From: Adineta vaga
Lineage: Eukaryota; Animalia; Rotifera
Length of the DNA stretch: 64,000 nt
Direction of reading: 5' to 3'
Assembly (NCBI GenBank): GCA_021613535.1
Contig: CP075492.1
Span: 17,980,001 to 18,044,000 of the forward strand
Part shown: piece by piece, positions 53,944-64,000 of the stretch
Numbering within the stretch: position 1 is the stretch's first letter
How the letters are laid out: every line of letters begins with the position of its first letter
Notes under the pieces: generated by a model
What the model was told of the DNA's origin: nothing
The model's database searches: none
The model's input: only the letters and a program-made list of their open reading frames with translations
Position numbers and translations under genes: made by a program

Positions 53944-56900
53944 TTAGCGAGAAAGAACATTTGTTGCTTTTGTAGTTGCATTTTTCGGAACTTCAGTAGC
54001 TGTAGGTTCGTATCTTCCTATTTCATTTCCATTTCCATCATACTTGATTTTTGCACAACGACAAGGCATTGCTGCCTGAGGATAATACGGATATCCGGTC
54101 TGCATGTTAAACTCAGCTGACGATTCTATATTGAAATGTAATCCTATTGCTGTTCCGGAATAAGCATCGGTAGGTGAAGCTGTCCAAACTCCTGAGATAC
54201 TAAATCTTAATCTAAAAGGTCCGTCAGCTGTAATTAAAGTAAGATCTTTTCCTCCTTGAAAGCCTCTGATTCCATTGTTGGCATAGTTACCAATTTTATA
54301 TCTGTTTATCGTTGAAAACAAATCCAAATCTGGTGGCAGGATAGTTTGAAATCGAAGATTTGCTTCCCGGATAGAATTTGTTTGCAGGTGAATAAACATC
54401 TCGTTTAGCGTAGTATACACCTGAAGGCGCTAATCCATATTGTCCTGCACCAGAAGCCTGATAACCATTATAATACCAAGGATTGTTTCCGTGAGAAAAC
54501 GACCAGTGAGAATAGAAATTGTTTAACAGAGGTTCTGTAGAATGCATACTGGAGCCGAAAGTATCAGGAACTCTCCATCCTTCAGGACATGGATCGAAGG
54601 GTGATTTTTCAGTACCATGCCCCCATCTGTCTGTAAACTGACCGTTTTCATCAGATACCCAGTCACGAACTTTTTTAAACTGATTCGTTTCATTAGAAGG
54701 ATTGTGATATAAGAAGTAAAATGGATTATTTGTAGAATACATTAATACTTTCTTGATTTTGTCCTTCTTAGAATTTGCTGCTGAAATTACTGAAGAATAA
54801 TCGGTTGAAAATTCTTTGGCATAATTTGTAGTATAACTTGTACTGTCAATTGTTCCTGAATAAGGAATTATTCCATTACTGATCGGTCCACTTTGCATAC
54901 GGATTGTATATCTGTTCAAGTTTCTATAAATGCTTCCTTGGCTACCCACAGCTGTTCCAAACTCATAATTGCCTCCAGGATTGAAGAAAACAGGTAGAGG
55001 GTCTTTTCTTCCCCACTGGAAATGCAAGCCTCCACTTTTACTGATTTGAGGAATATAGCTATATTTGAATGATGCACTACCACCTGCAGCGTGTTCAGGA
55101 AATACCATTAAAGCTCCTAGATCTCTGTCCATAAAGGTAGTCTTCAATGGAACGCCAATACTTTTCACAGGATTTACAAATACTGAATTGGTAATATTTA
55201 CAATACCTCCGTTTTCTAAGATTTCAGTTTCATAATCTAGTGATTCTAGAACGGTTTCAGGAGCCCAGATATGCCAGCTCCAGATAATAGGATCCTGCAT
55301 TTTCCCATTTACCCACTGACCGGAGTTTCCTAAGTGGAAAGCTACCACAGCATTACCGTATTGATTTTCATTCAAAGTAACTTTCAGTTTAGCCGTTTCC
55401 TTAGTTCCATCGATTATTTCCATGTTCTGGATCAAACCTGTATTGGTAGTCCATACAACAGAGCTTGATTTGACACTTCCTTGAGGATATTCATCTGTTG
55501 TACTTAAATGTAATTTATACATTGCATAAGCTTTACGCAACGGAATTTCAATAAAACGGTCTTTATCTGCCGGATTTTGTGTAGTCAAAGAATTGTTAGT
55601 ATACTCTACATAGCTGTTTGGTTCTTTTGTCCAGTTAATTAGAGTAGATAATGCGTATTCTTCATTTGGGCTGCTAATAAATTCAGTTTCAAAATCAGTT
55701 GGCATATAAGCATTATTCGGGTCTTTAATACATCTGATTCCGCTTGTTTCGTGTGTGTTTCCATCATGTGAAACAGAGTTGATAGTATACCAGCCGAAAT
55801 TATTTGCTGTTTCTTTAACATTTCCTGGGTCTGAAATATAACCAAGTCCTCTCGGCCCATACCAAGGTCCGCTACCAGATGCGCCTACTGAGAACGTAGA
55901 AGAACCTAAAGCACCATCAGATGAACCATCTTGATAGTAAATTTTAGGTGTTACTAATCCTGAAGTAGGTACACTTCTAATCGTAACATAATTAGGATAA
56001 TACTCATAATTTCCATTAATTGGAATTAATCCTAAATTACGACCTGCAACACTTGTAAAATCATATCCTAAACCGGGATATATCTTAATTCCAGGGAATC
56101 TTGTGCTTGATGTTGAAGGGTTAGAAGTAAAAGTGTCCATATCATTTGCGCCTCCAATTCTTCCCCAAGGTGAAGCGTTATTGTCATTGCTATGGCTGCC
56201 AATATTATCATAGTATGATGGTACTCTCCAATTACATGGACAAGGATCATAAGGAGATTTCATTGCATAGCGCTTACTTTCTTCAGCTAAATGAGCGTTA
56301 TTTAGGTCGCTTATCTTGCCACCACGAGTGTCACCCCAAAGATCCCAGGCAACATTTTTTGAAGCATCTGTGCTGAACTCGTTTCTATATTTCTGCTTAG
56401 AGAACCATGTTGTACGTCTTTGATGATACCATGTATTGGCACTGTTTTGAACAAACATATCTTCTCCATTATTATTCACCGTTTCATTATATTTTCTGAC
56501 ATAAAGCGGCGGAATGATCATGTGAATTGGATTCTGAACAGAATAACGTATATTTCCGCTCGGAGTGTCATATCCCGTATTGTCTTGTGGGTATAAGTTT
56601 CCTCTGTATTTTACCGGCAAAGATGAAGTTGATCCTGTTCTATAAACAGCTCCTTCATGTCTAATGGTACCAATTTCTCCAGAAATCTCATACAACGTTC
56701 CATCTTTATGTACAAGAGCAGGGAATGGATCTTTTCTTCCCCATTGATATTGTAATCCTTGAGATTTATGCCAGTTGTTTCCTAAGAAGTTTGCATTTGT
56801 TGCACCTAGATTTCTGTCCATCCATTTCCAGTCTGTAACAGGATTTCCATTTTTATCTTTCTCGAAACCCAAACGGTAAGTACTACCATTCACAGTTGGA

Positions 56901-58457
56901 TCATCTGTTACCCAAACATGCCAAGTCCAATAAACTTTATCATCTACTCGATAAGATACTACGGCATTTCCTTCTTTAAGTTTATTGACTAAGACTTTAA
57001 TTTTAGCATTTTCACCTGTTCCTTCTAAAGTAATAGACTTGATCAATCCCGGTTCATCCTCCCAATACAAACCAGCTTTAGCAGTCCCGGATGGAATAGG
57101 AGTGTAATTTCCGTTTTCGTCTTGCATGAATTCACCTCCTTTGGACCACATTTCATAAGCTTTTTTTACGGGAATGTAAAGACCAACAACATCATTTCCA
57201 TTTTTATCTTTTCCTGTAAAAATGTAGCTGTTTGGTGCTTTTGTCCAATCTTCAACATCGTAATCTGAAACAGCCCCAGGATTTGCTGCAAAACATCCGT
57301 TTGCGCATTCTGCAGTGTCATCATAAGCAGTGGTATTTCCGAAGATGCCAGTATATTTGATGAATTTAGAGATTTCTTTTCAATATCTTGCATTGATCGG
57401 ATGGATGGGTATCCCGGGGTAAAATTCACAAAGTCATTTCGTAATGCACCCATTCCATATAATGTCATTTCGGAAGTACTTGAAACGATAAAGTTTTCAG
57501 ATCCGGGTCCTCTACGACCGCCTCCCTGATCATTACCATATCCAAAATATAACGGACCATAGTTGCTATAGCCTGTAAGGTTTATATAAGTTCCATTACT
57601 TTTATAAACTCGGAAACCTGTAGTCATACTTGATACAAATACTACTGGCTCCTGATCACTGATAAAATCAGATAACTTTTCACTTATGGTATTGTATAAA
57701 TTGAAATATCTGCTTTGCAGACGGTTAGGATTTTTAAAATTATGATATCCAGGACCATTTGGTTCACCTGGCCATTGACTGAAAATTTGCCCGCGAACAT
57801 ATATACAGGATCTTCATAACTATATAAATACGGAATTGGATGTCCCGGACCTACATTGTAAATAAATTCAGGGGTGGAACCCAAAGTGTCACTAACAGCT
57901 CCCTGATTGACCATTTTAATGGATTTGGCACCATTGGTGTCGGTAAACAATGTCGCTGGATTTGTAGGTGAGAAGACTACATCATTCTTTTTATTATCCA
58001 ATGAATATCCAATGTTCAGTCTGTTCCAGGAATGGGCGGTTGTCACTCTGTCTTTTACTCCTGTAACTTTTCCATTAGTGTCTGTGATCAAAGTGCCATC
58101 TTTTTTCGGTGTTAAAAGGATGGCATATTCATTTTCGTCCAGATCACAATTGGTAGCGGTGTAGTCACCTAATTTGTAATGACTGATCGTTTTGTCCCAA
58201 ACAACACTGCTGAATTGGGAAAGGTTCGTCTCAGAACTTAATTCGATCTTTACATTGTAAGAGTTCAGTGCCGATGCAGGTAACTCGAATGCGGCTCTTA
58301 CATTTTCATTATATTGATTGTAAGAATAAAGTGTTTTACACCATCCTGTCACCCAATTTCCCTGGGCATCCTTATACTTAATAGACAATTTTATATGGTC
58401 AGCTGTAAAAGGTTTTGTGAGTTTTCCTTCCGTAATAACCAATCCTTTCTGATTCAC
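53944..58457 (-). pseudogene. Horizontally acquired Bacteroidota (Chryseobacterium-like) large surface/fimbrillin-like protein, ~1500 aa, three frameshifts
   Basis: Intronless and higher in GC than the flanks. A module is duplicated: WTKxPNSY..IPxxKAY..GNAVV..W(T/S)WH(V/I)W..MDR(N/D)LGA..GLxxQWGRKDP..KSP(Y/F)DPCPxxWRVP. The four ORFs join by single frameshifts near 57765, 57385 and 54305. Confidence 0.8.
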
Positions 58458-58980
58458 ATTTTGTTGGATAACAATTTGTGGATCGAGGTCATAAACATTA
58501 GCACTGTTACTCGAACATCGACCATATGCAGTTGTACTATCACATATGAGAGAATTAACTCCTATTATTCAAAACAATTATATTTTAGATGAATATAGAA
58601 TATGAAATTATAAACAAACCTATCAAACTAAAATGAAATAGAAATATATTTAATATAGTTCAGATAAAAAGGAAAATTTCAATACCTTAGAAGTAGAAAA
58701 ATGAAACATCCTAGTTTTATTGCTGTTGTCATTGTAAAACGAATTGAATTGAGAAACTATTGTCATAAAATTGCATCTGTATTCTTCGTAATATATATAT
58801 GGACGTCATTTGTAATGACATTTTAAAATTGAAAAGGGATTTGTGAGTAATTCTTTGATAATTGAAAATATGATTTTGTTTCCGTATATTTTAAAGTATT
58901 TAATCCTATAAGCAATGGTGTCACTTCTGCCTTCCGTTCTCAAGAACGGGGAACAGAGAATGGAAGTATTTAGTATTCAT

Positions 58981-58993
58981 TTGGGGTGGGTGT
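58981..58993. repeat. Half-site P19 (G-rich arm)
   Basis: TTGGGGTGGGTGT. Confidence 0.45.
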
Positions 58994-59465
58994 CTTAATT
59001 AGTCACTGGACAGACATTGAGAGATGGCAACGTTTTTCTTCTTCGTTCTCAAAAATCAGATCACATTTCAAATCTGATACTTTTCGTGTATAATTCAGTT
59101 ACTGTTGTACGTTTACTTACAATTTTAAAGCTAAAATATGATGCGTTTCGTTCTTCGAGGACGGTTATGGGTGTTTAAATAGATGTAATGCAAGAAAATA
59201 GATATACTATGATAAAACATAAGAGTTCAAAATTAACTTTGTTTAGAATAGAAAATCTATATTTGTAAACAAGCAATATGAAATAATTATTAACAACTAT
59301 TTTATCTGCAAATTCCATTCCTAATTCAGATATATACAAGTTGTTTGTAATTGAATTTTATTTATTTAGAATTTGATTATTTGAACAAAAGATGACAAAC
59401 TTCAAATCATCTGATGAGATTTGTAGTGAAATAAAAAAATCATTCATGGGTCACCAGGCTTATTT

Positions 59466-59747
59466 TCATTTTTTCGACGCATTAAATTCGCGTATTATGT
59501 CATACGACGACATTTTATAATATTTAAAAAATTTTGGATCATGTTTTTGAAGCAAGTCTTTCAGGTGCTTGTCAGCATTAATAATCTGTTCTATGATATT
59601 AGCTATCATGTGGAATTCACTCATGTAATACTTGTGGACTGATTCTGGAATATTTGATACTTTATATAATTGAATAACATTACGATATTGGTTCACACGA
59701 ATATCTTCACGAAGAATCCAACTGTTAAGCAGCTGTTGTAATGCCAT
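59466..59747 (-). CDS. Hypothetical protein exon
   Basis: Protein-like 93-aa ORF with no recognised family. Confidence 0.35.
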   Translation of the reverse strand: MALQQLLNSWILREDIRVNQYRNVIQLYKVSNIPESVHKYYMSEFHMIANIIEQIINADKHLKDLLQKHDPKFFKYYKMSSYDIIREFNASKK

Positions 59748-60323
59748 TTCTGATGTCGACTTTGGCTGCGGAGTTATTAGTATTTCTGGTACAGCTATAC
59801 CAAAAAATGGAAGAATTTATATGTCATATATGACATTCCAGATAGTGTAAGTAATGACAGTGATGATAGTTTATGCGACATCAGGATCAGGAGGTGGAAT
59901 ACTGATAAATTTGCGAAGAATAGAGATTATATGTACGACGAGTTACTGGTCAGATGATTATGAGTAAGATAACCAAACACGAGTTCATTATATTTCCTTT
60001 AGGAATTTTCGTCGTTTTAAGTCTTTTCTTTTTTTCTTGAATAAATTCTGTAAGATCTCTCAAAAGGTCGATAACAAATCAGTTGATGTTGAAAAAAATG
60101 GGTTTATTAGAAAATATGCTTAGAATACTTTTTGATATACATTTACGTATTTCATAAGTCTTGTTTGGTGTCATAAAAAAACATTTTAATTATTTTCTAT
60201 CATGATATTTCTTTAATTGATTGTTCATTTTTCTCCTTTCTCTTTGTTCCACTGCTAGATCATCTATCATTAGTTAGGTACACTTTCTCCTCATACTGGA
60301 AAACATTACGAAGTTATTTCAAA

Positions 60324-61064
60324 TTAGTTTAGATAGATATAAGATAAAGAAATCAAAATAAACTTACGTGGTTTTGGTGGTGGTAAAGGATTCCGATCAT
60401 CACCAATCTCAATTAAATGAACAACATATGAACCATTTGGATGATTTAATGCATTTGATTTCACACGAAATTCAGTTCCTATTTTTAAAACCACTTCATC
60501 TTCATTTTCAAATGCAGTATAGCCACTGACTTTTTTTCCATTAACTGCTTCGATTAAGAACATTGTTGTTTTTTTATTATTTTTAAGAAAATTTTCAATA
60601 ATATTAACGGATGATGAGCATGAATTTACAGTCCACCATATTACAGATTGATCTTTTGTAAAATGTTTTCCAATATCATTAGAAACACCACGCCATACAA
60701 CTTCTCGTACTGTTGGTAATTTGTCCAATGCTGAATCGAATAATTTCAAATACGGAAACCAAATTTTAATTAATTCTCTATTTGCATTTCTTAGTGTTCG
60801 ATTTAAAAGACGATATAAACTTGTGTCGCCCCATTCCATTGTATAAATATAAATTGAAGCTGATTCGTCATGTGTTAAATTATGTTCTGATGGATAATGA
60901 CAATATTTTTTAGCAATTTTTATATAACTTTGTAAATGTTCTATCTGTGGTTCAATTGATTTTAATGCTTCTTCCAGTAATCCAACCGATTGGCTTTGAA
61001 AACCATAAACAGGTGAAAGCCGTTCAGTTGGAGAAATATCACTATAACGATTTGTTCCTGACAT
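60324..61064 (-). CDS. Stand-alone R-S-E (arginine-type) ADP-ribosyltransferase
   Basis: SIYIYTMEW..LYRLLNRTLR, VWRG, VNSCS and ENEDEV; probable intron donor near 60367. Confidence 0.9.
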   Translation of the reverse strand: MSGTNRYSDISPTERLSPVYGFQSQSVGLLEEALKSIEPQIEHLQSYIKIAKKYCHYPSEHNLTHDESASIYIYTMEWGDTSLYRLLNRTLRNANRELIKIWFPYLKLFDSALDKLPTVREVVWRGVSNDIGKHFTKDQSVIWWTVNSCSSSVNIIENFLKNNKKTTMFLIEAVNGKKVSGYTAFENEDEVVLKIGTEFRVKSNALNHPNGSYVVHLIEIGDDRNPLPPPKPRKFILISLSYIYLN

Positions 61065-61249
61065 TGTCTTTGAATTTGTCTGAAACAAAAAATGTTAAAC
61101 AAAAGAGAGCGAAAATGAGGAGAAGGATGCATGCATGTAAAGATGTCGTTATTCTCTTCACATACCTAGGTGTCCAAACCTTTTAAACTTCATCTTTTGA
61201 CCGTGGATAGACCTCGATGAGATATGAAAAACCCCAAAAGCATTCGAGT

Positions 61250-61270
61250 CCTCACTCTCACCCACCCTCA
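61250..61270. repeat. Half-site P20 (C-rich arm)
   Basis: CCTCACTCTCACCCACCCTCA. Confidence 0.55.
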
Positions 61271-61534
61271 CAATTACAAGACATGTCCTCAGAGACATGC
61301 TGAAATAACTTGAAACACTGAAAAAACAGTTTATGCATCCGAAAAAATTCTTACTTGAAAATAAAAGTTTCAACTATCAACTTACTTTCTTCAATAAACA
61401 AACTGCATGAAACACTTTTGCAACTCCTACGAAGAAAAATATTTCAATGCTTCAAAAGAGAATTTTTCCTCGTAAAGAAGCCAATGAAAAGTGAACCTAC
61501 GAAACTGATTGGAGAAGAAATGAAAAACACTCTC

Positions 61535-61611
61535 GATGGGTGTGGGTGTGGGTGTGGGTGTGGGTGAGGGTGGTTATGAATATATCTTCTTCACCCACAC
61601 CCTCACCCAAG
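61535..61611. repeat. Telomere-like palindromic site P21
   Basis: GGG(TGTGGG)4TGAGGGTGG-TTATGAATATATCTTCTT-CACCCACACCCTCACCCAAG. Confidence 0.93.
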
Positions 61612-61804
61612 ATATATTTTACTTAACTGAAACAACCGAGAATGGAGAATAATCAAATACTACTAGAAACCTAAATATTTCATATTTTCATTGAAATAAA
61701 ATATAAAAATTCATCCTTTTAACTGTTATGTGTTCATATTGGCTTTGTCACTATGTGTTCTTTAAATGTATCAATAAAAAGAGATTATTATTATAACTCT
61801 GAAG

Positions 61805-62782
61805 TTATGTGGATGTTGTTGTTGTTGTTGACGATGGTAATCGTTTAATCTCAGTGTGCTGAGAGTGAAGAGTAGGTTGTAAAAGTTCAGGTCGATCAAG
61901 AGGAATACAGATCTTTGGTAAGATATCTCCAGTAAGATGATCGTAATCTCGCCAAGCTATTTTATTCCAGTCAGAGCCGTAAGTTTCGTTCAGATATCGC
62001 TGAGTATCATCTGCATTCAAACAACATAAAGTCAAGTGACCAAATGGTACGTCAATGAGCCGATCAAAGCAATCGAAAGGTAATGGTTCACCCGGAAACA
62101 TTTCTATAGCCTTTTCAGTTATGTAAACATATCGATTGTCTTTGATATCAATTAAAAAGATATCGACAAATGGTGCATATAGTTGATAACGAACTTGAAG
62201 AACAGTTCGACGAGGATCCCAAACACGATAACCGAATAGTGGTTCAATATCAAAAATTCTCGACTGATAAATGTTTCCTTTAATGCTACAAGTTTTTCTT
62301 CATCATTTCGATGAATAGCAATATCTGCATCATCATCCCAAGGAATTAAACCACCATGTCTTTGACTACCAAGCATTGTACCACCAAAGATTACATATTT
62401 AATGTTTGCATTACGTAGTATTTCATCAATTATTTCTAATGTGTCATAGATGACATCTACCATTTCTTGTGAAGTTACTTTGAGCACTTATTCGTTCATT
62501 ACTAAATCGATGTTGAAGATATCAATGATTTTATTTTTCAAAATATACGATTCCGATGAGTTTCTTAGTCAAAGAAGGAATTCTTTTTTGTCGAAACTAA
62601 AATGTATATAACAGTCCAATAAACAAAAAAGATTTAAAAATCTAGAATTTAATTTTTTATATTGATAGATGGAATTGAAGAGTCTCTGATGATGAGAAGT
62701 AGGTAATATTTTCTACGAATTAAAGATATCAGTAATTTTAATAAACATAAAATAGTAATTTGTATTTTACTTTTCTCTCCAT
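61805..62782 (-). pseudogene. LicD/fukutin-family nucleotidyltransferase, frameshifted
   Basis: GGTMLGSQRHGGLIPWDDDADI, FVDIF and YLNETYGSDW. Frameshift near 62250 and stops upstream. Confidence 0.85.
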
Positions 62783-63322
62783 ATTTTTCTGTTCGTTTTT
62801 GTTTTACATCATTTCATCAACAGAGAAAAAGAGAAATTTATAGCATATACATTTTGAAAATATCACTAACTTCTATGATTGCCTGTTCTATGTTATCTAT
62901 CAATGAATTTAAGGATTTGTCTAAATACCATAAGTCTTAAGAAAAATGAACCTTTAAATCTATTGAAAGTTGATCATAATTTATTTCATTAACAAAAAAA
63001 GAATTATCATGAATCCAGCTTACAAATATGCTTCTTTATCATGTGAAATACCTTTAATATTTGTTTGAAATATAATAGTAACTTTGATTCTCTATTGTAT
63101 GATCAGGACATGATGTTTTAATGATTATGCACTTTCGCGTGATGAAATCGATTTCGAGTATATGTTTATAAATACCTGTGTAACTTTTATCTTCTACATC
63201 CAATACTCACATTTATTGGTAAAAGAAAACAAATGATGATTACATCTCTCTATCACTATAAGCAATAAAAAAAGCGAAAGGACAAAGACAAATGAGTACA
63301 AAACGAAGTAATAACAGCGCAC

Positions 63323-63946
63323 CTATTTTCTAAAGGCTACAAATTAAATGATCAGTATTTTATTATGAATGATCAGTACAACTTGATCAGTATTAAATGC
63401 AAATGATCAGTGAAAATATGGAACTAACAGTAATTTAATCATTTGATCAGTAACTTATTCACTTGATCAGTAACTTATTCATTTGATCAGTATAATAATT
63501 AAAATATCGGTATAAAATCTTCTTTGTCCAGTAAATTATGGTATTTTTACCAGTATTCGTCTTTCTATAGCATCCCTCGAGTATTACATATATGTTCACC
63601 TACTTTCCAGATATTACATCTGTGAGGGTGAGGGATGGATGTGTGTGTAGGTGTGGATCAGTGAAGGCGAGGTTGAGGGTGTCAGTAATTAATTGATACA
63701 ATAATCTCACTCTTGCCCACACCAACACCCACACATCCTCAAGATGTATGCGAGGATCGAGGGATGTTATAGAAAGACGAATACTGGTAAAAATATTATA
63801 ATTTACTGAACAAAGAAGATTTTATACTGATATCTTAATTATTTTACTGATCAAATGAATAAATTACTGATCATTTGATGAAAAAAATACTGATCATTCA
63901 CAATAAAATACTGATCATTTAAATACAAGCCTTTTCTAAATAGCTA
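63323..63946. mobile_element. Foldback/MITE with long (~200 bp) inverted arms containing TGATCAGTA sub-repeats
   Basis: TTAAATGATCAGTATTTTATT...TTTTTACCAGTATTCGTCTTTCTATAGCATCCCTCGA is mirrored by TCGAGGGATGTTATAGAAAGACGAATACTGGTAAAAA...AATAAAATACTGATCATTTAA. Confidence 0.85.
63623..63743. repeat. Compound palindromic site P22 in the loop of the foldback element
   Basis: TGAGGGTGAGGG...TTGAGGGTGT-spacer-CCCACACCAACACCCACACATCCTCAAG. Confidence 0.85.
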
Positions 63947-64000
63947 TAAGCTGCAAACGAATACAGTTGTACATCAAGAAATCAAGATCAAAGATGAATT

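Noticed and set aside
61535-61572. True chromosome end
   Set aside because: Only about 6 repeats, internal, and followed by an inverted arm and further genes.
2281-63743. Bona fide bacterial integron with attC sites
   Set aside because: There is no integrase and no RYYYAAC/GTTRRRY boxes, and the cargo has spliceosomal introns. The resemblance is architectural only.
1-64000. Autonomous retroelement (Athena/Penelope), transposase or recombinase explaining the sites; RNA genes
   Set aside because: No RT, DDE, or tyrosine/serine recombinase motifs were recognised in any ORF, and no tRNA or rRNA was recognised by eye.

Overview
AT-rich eukaryotic DNA with short (~50-65 bp) GT-AG introns. Intron size, gene families and TGTGGG/TGAGGG repeats point to a bdelloid rotifer, probably a subtelomeric or accessory region (inference). 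Apparently intact genes: major vault protein, a CCCH-DEAH-RRM-RBR helicase/E3, an F-box protein with 19 LRR exons, an MFSD5-like transporter, four R-S-E ADP-ribosyltransferases (WWE-, ANK-, TPR-fused and stand-alone) and several NHL-repeat genes. Broken remnants: KH, ABCG, aquaglyceroporin, LicD, FG-GAP and a frameshifted ~4.5 kb Bacteroidota-type gene. The main unexplained structure is a set of ~22 short imperfect palindromes built from telomere-type repeats, consensus (C)TTGAGGGTGTGGGT-[13-30 nt spacer]-ACCCACACCCTCAAG, about one every 3 kb. They separate gene-sized segments, often sit just downstream of a stop codon, and several coincide with truncation points. Their spacers fall into families with common polarity. 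The window therefore resembles an array of telomere-capped gene cassettes carrying defence-type and foreign genes. No recombinase or reverse transcriptase is visible in the window.
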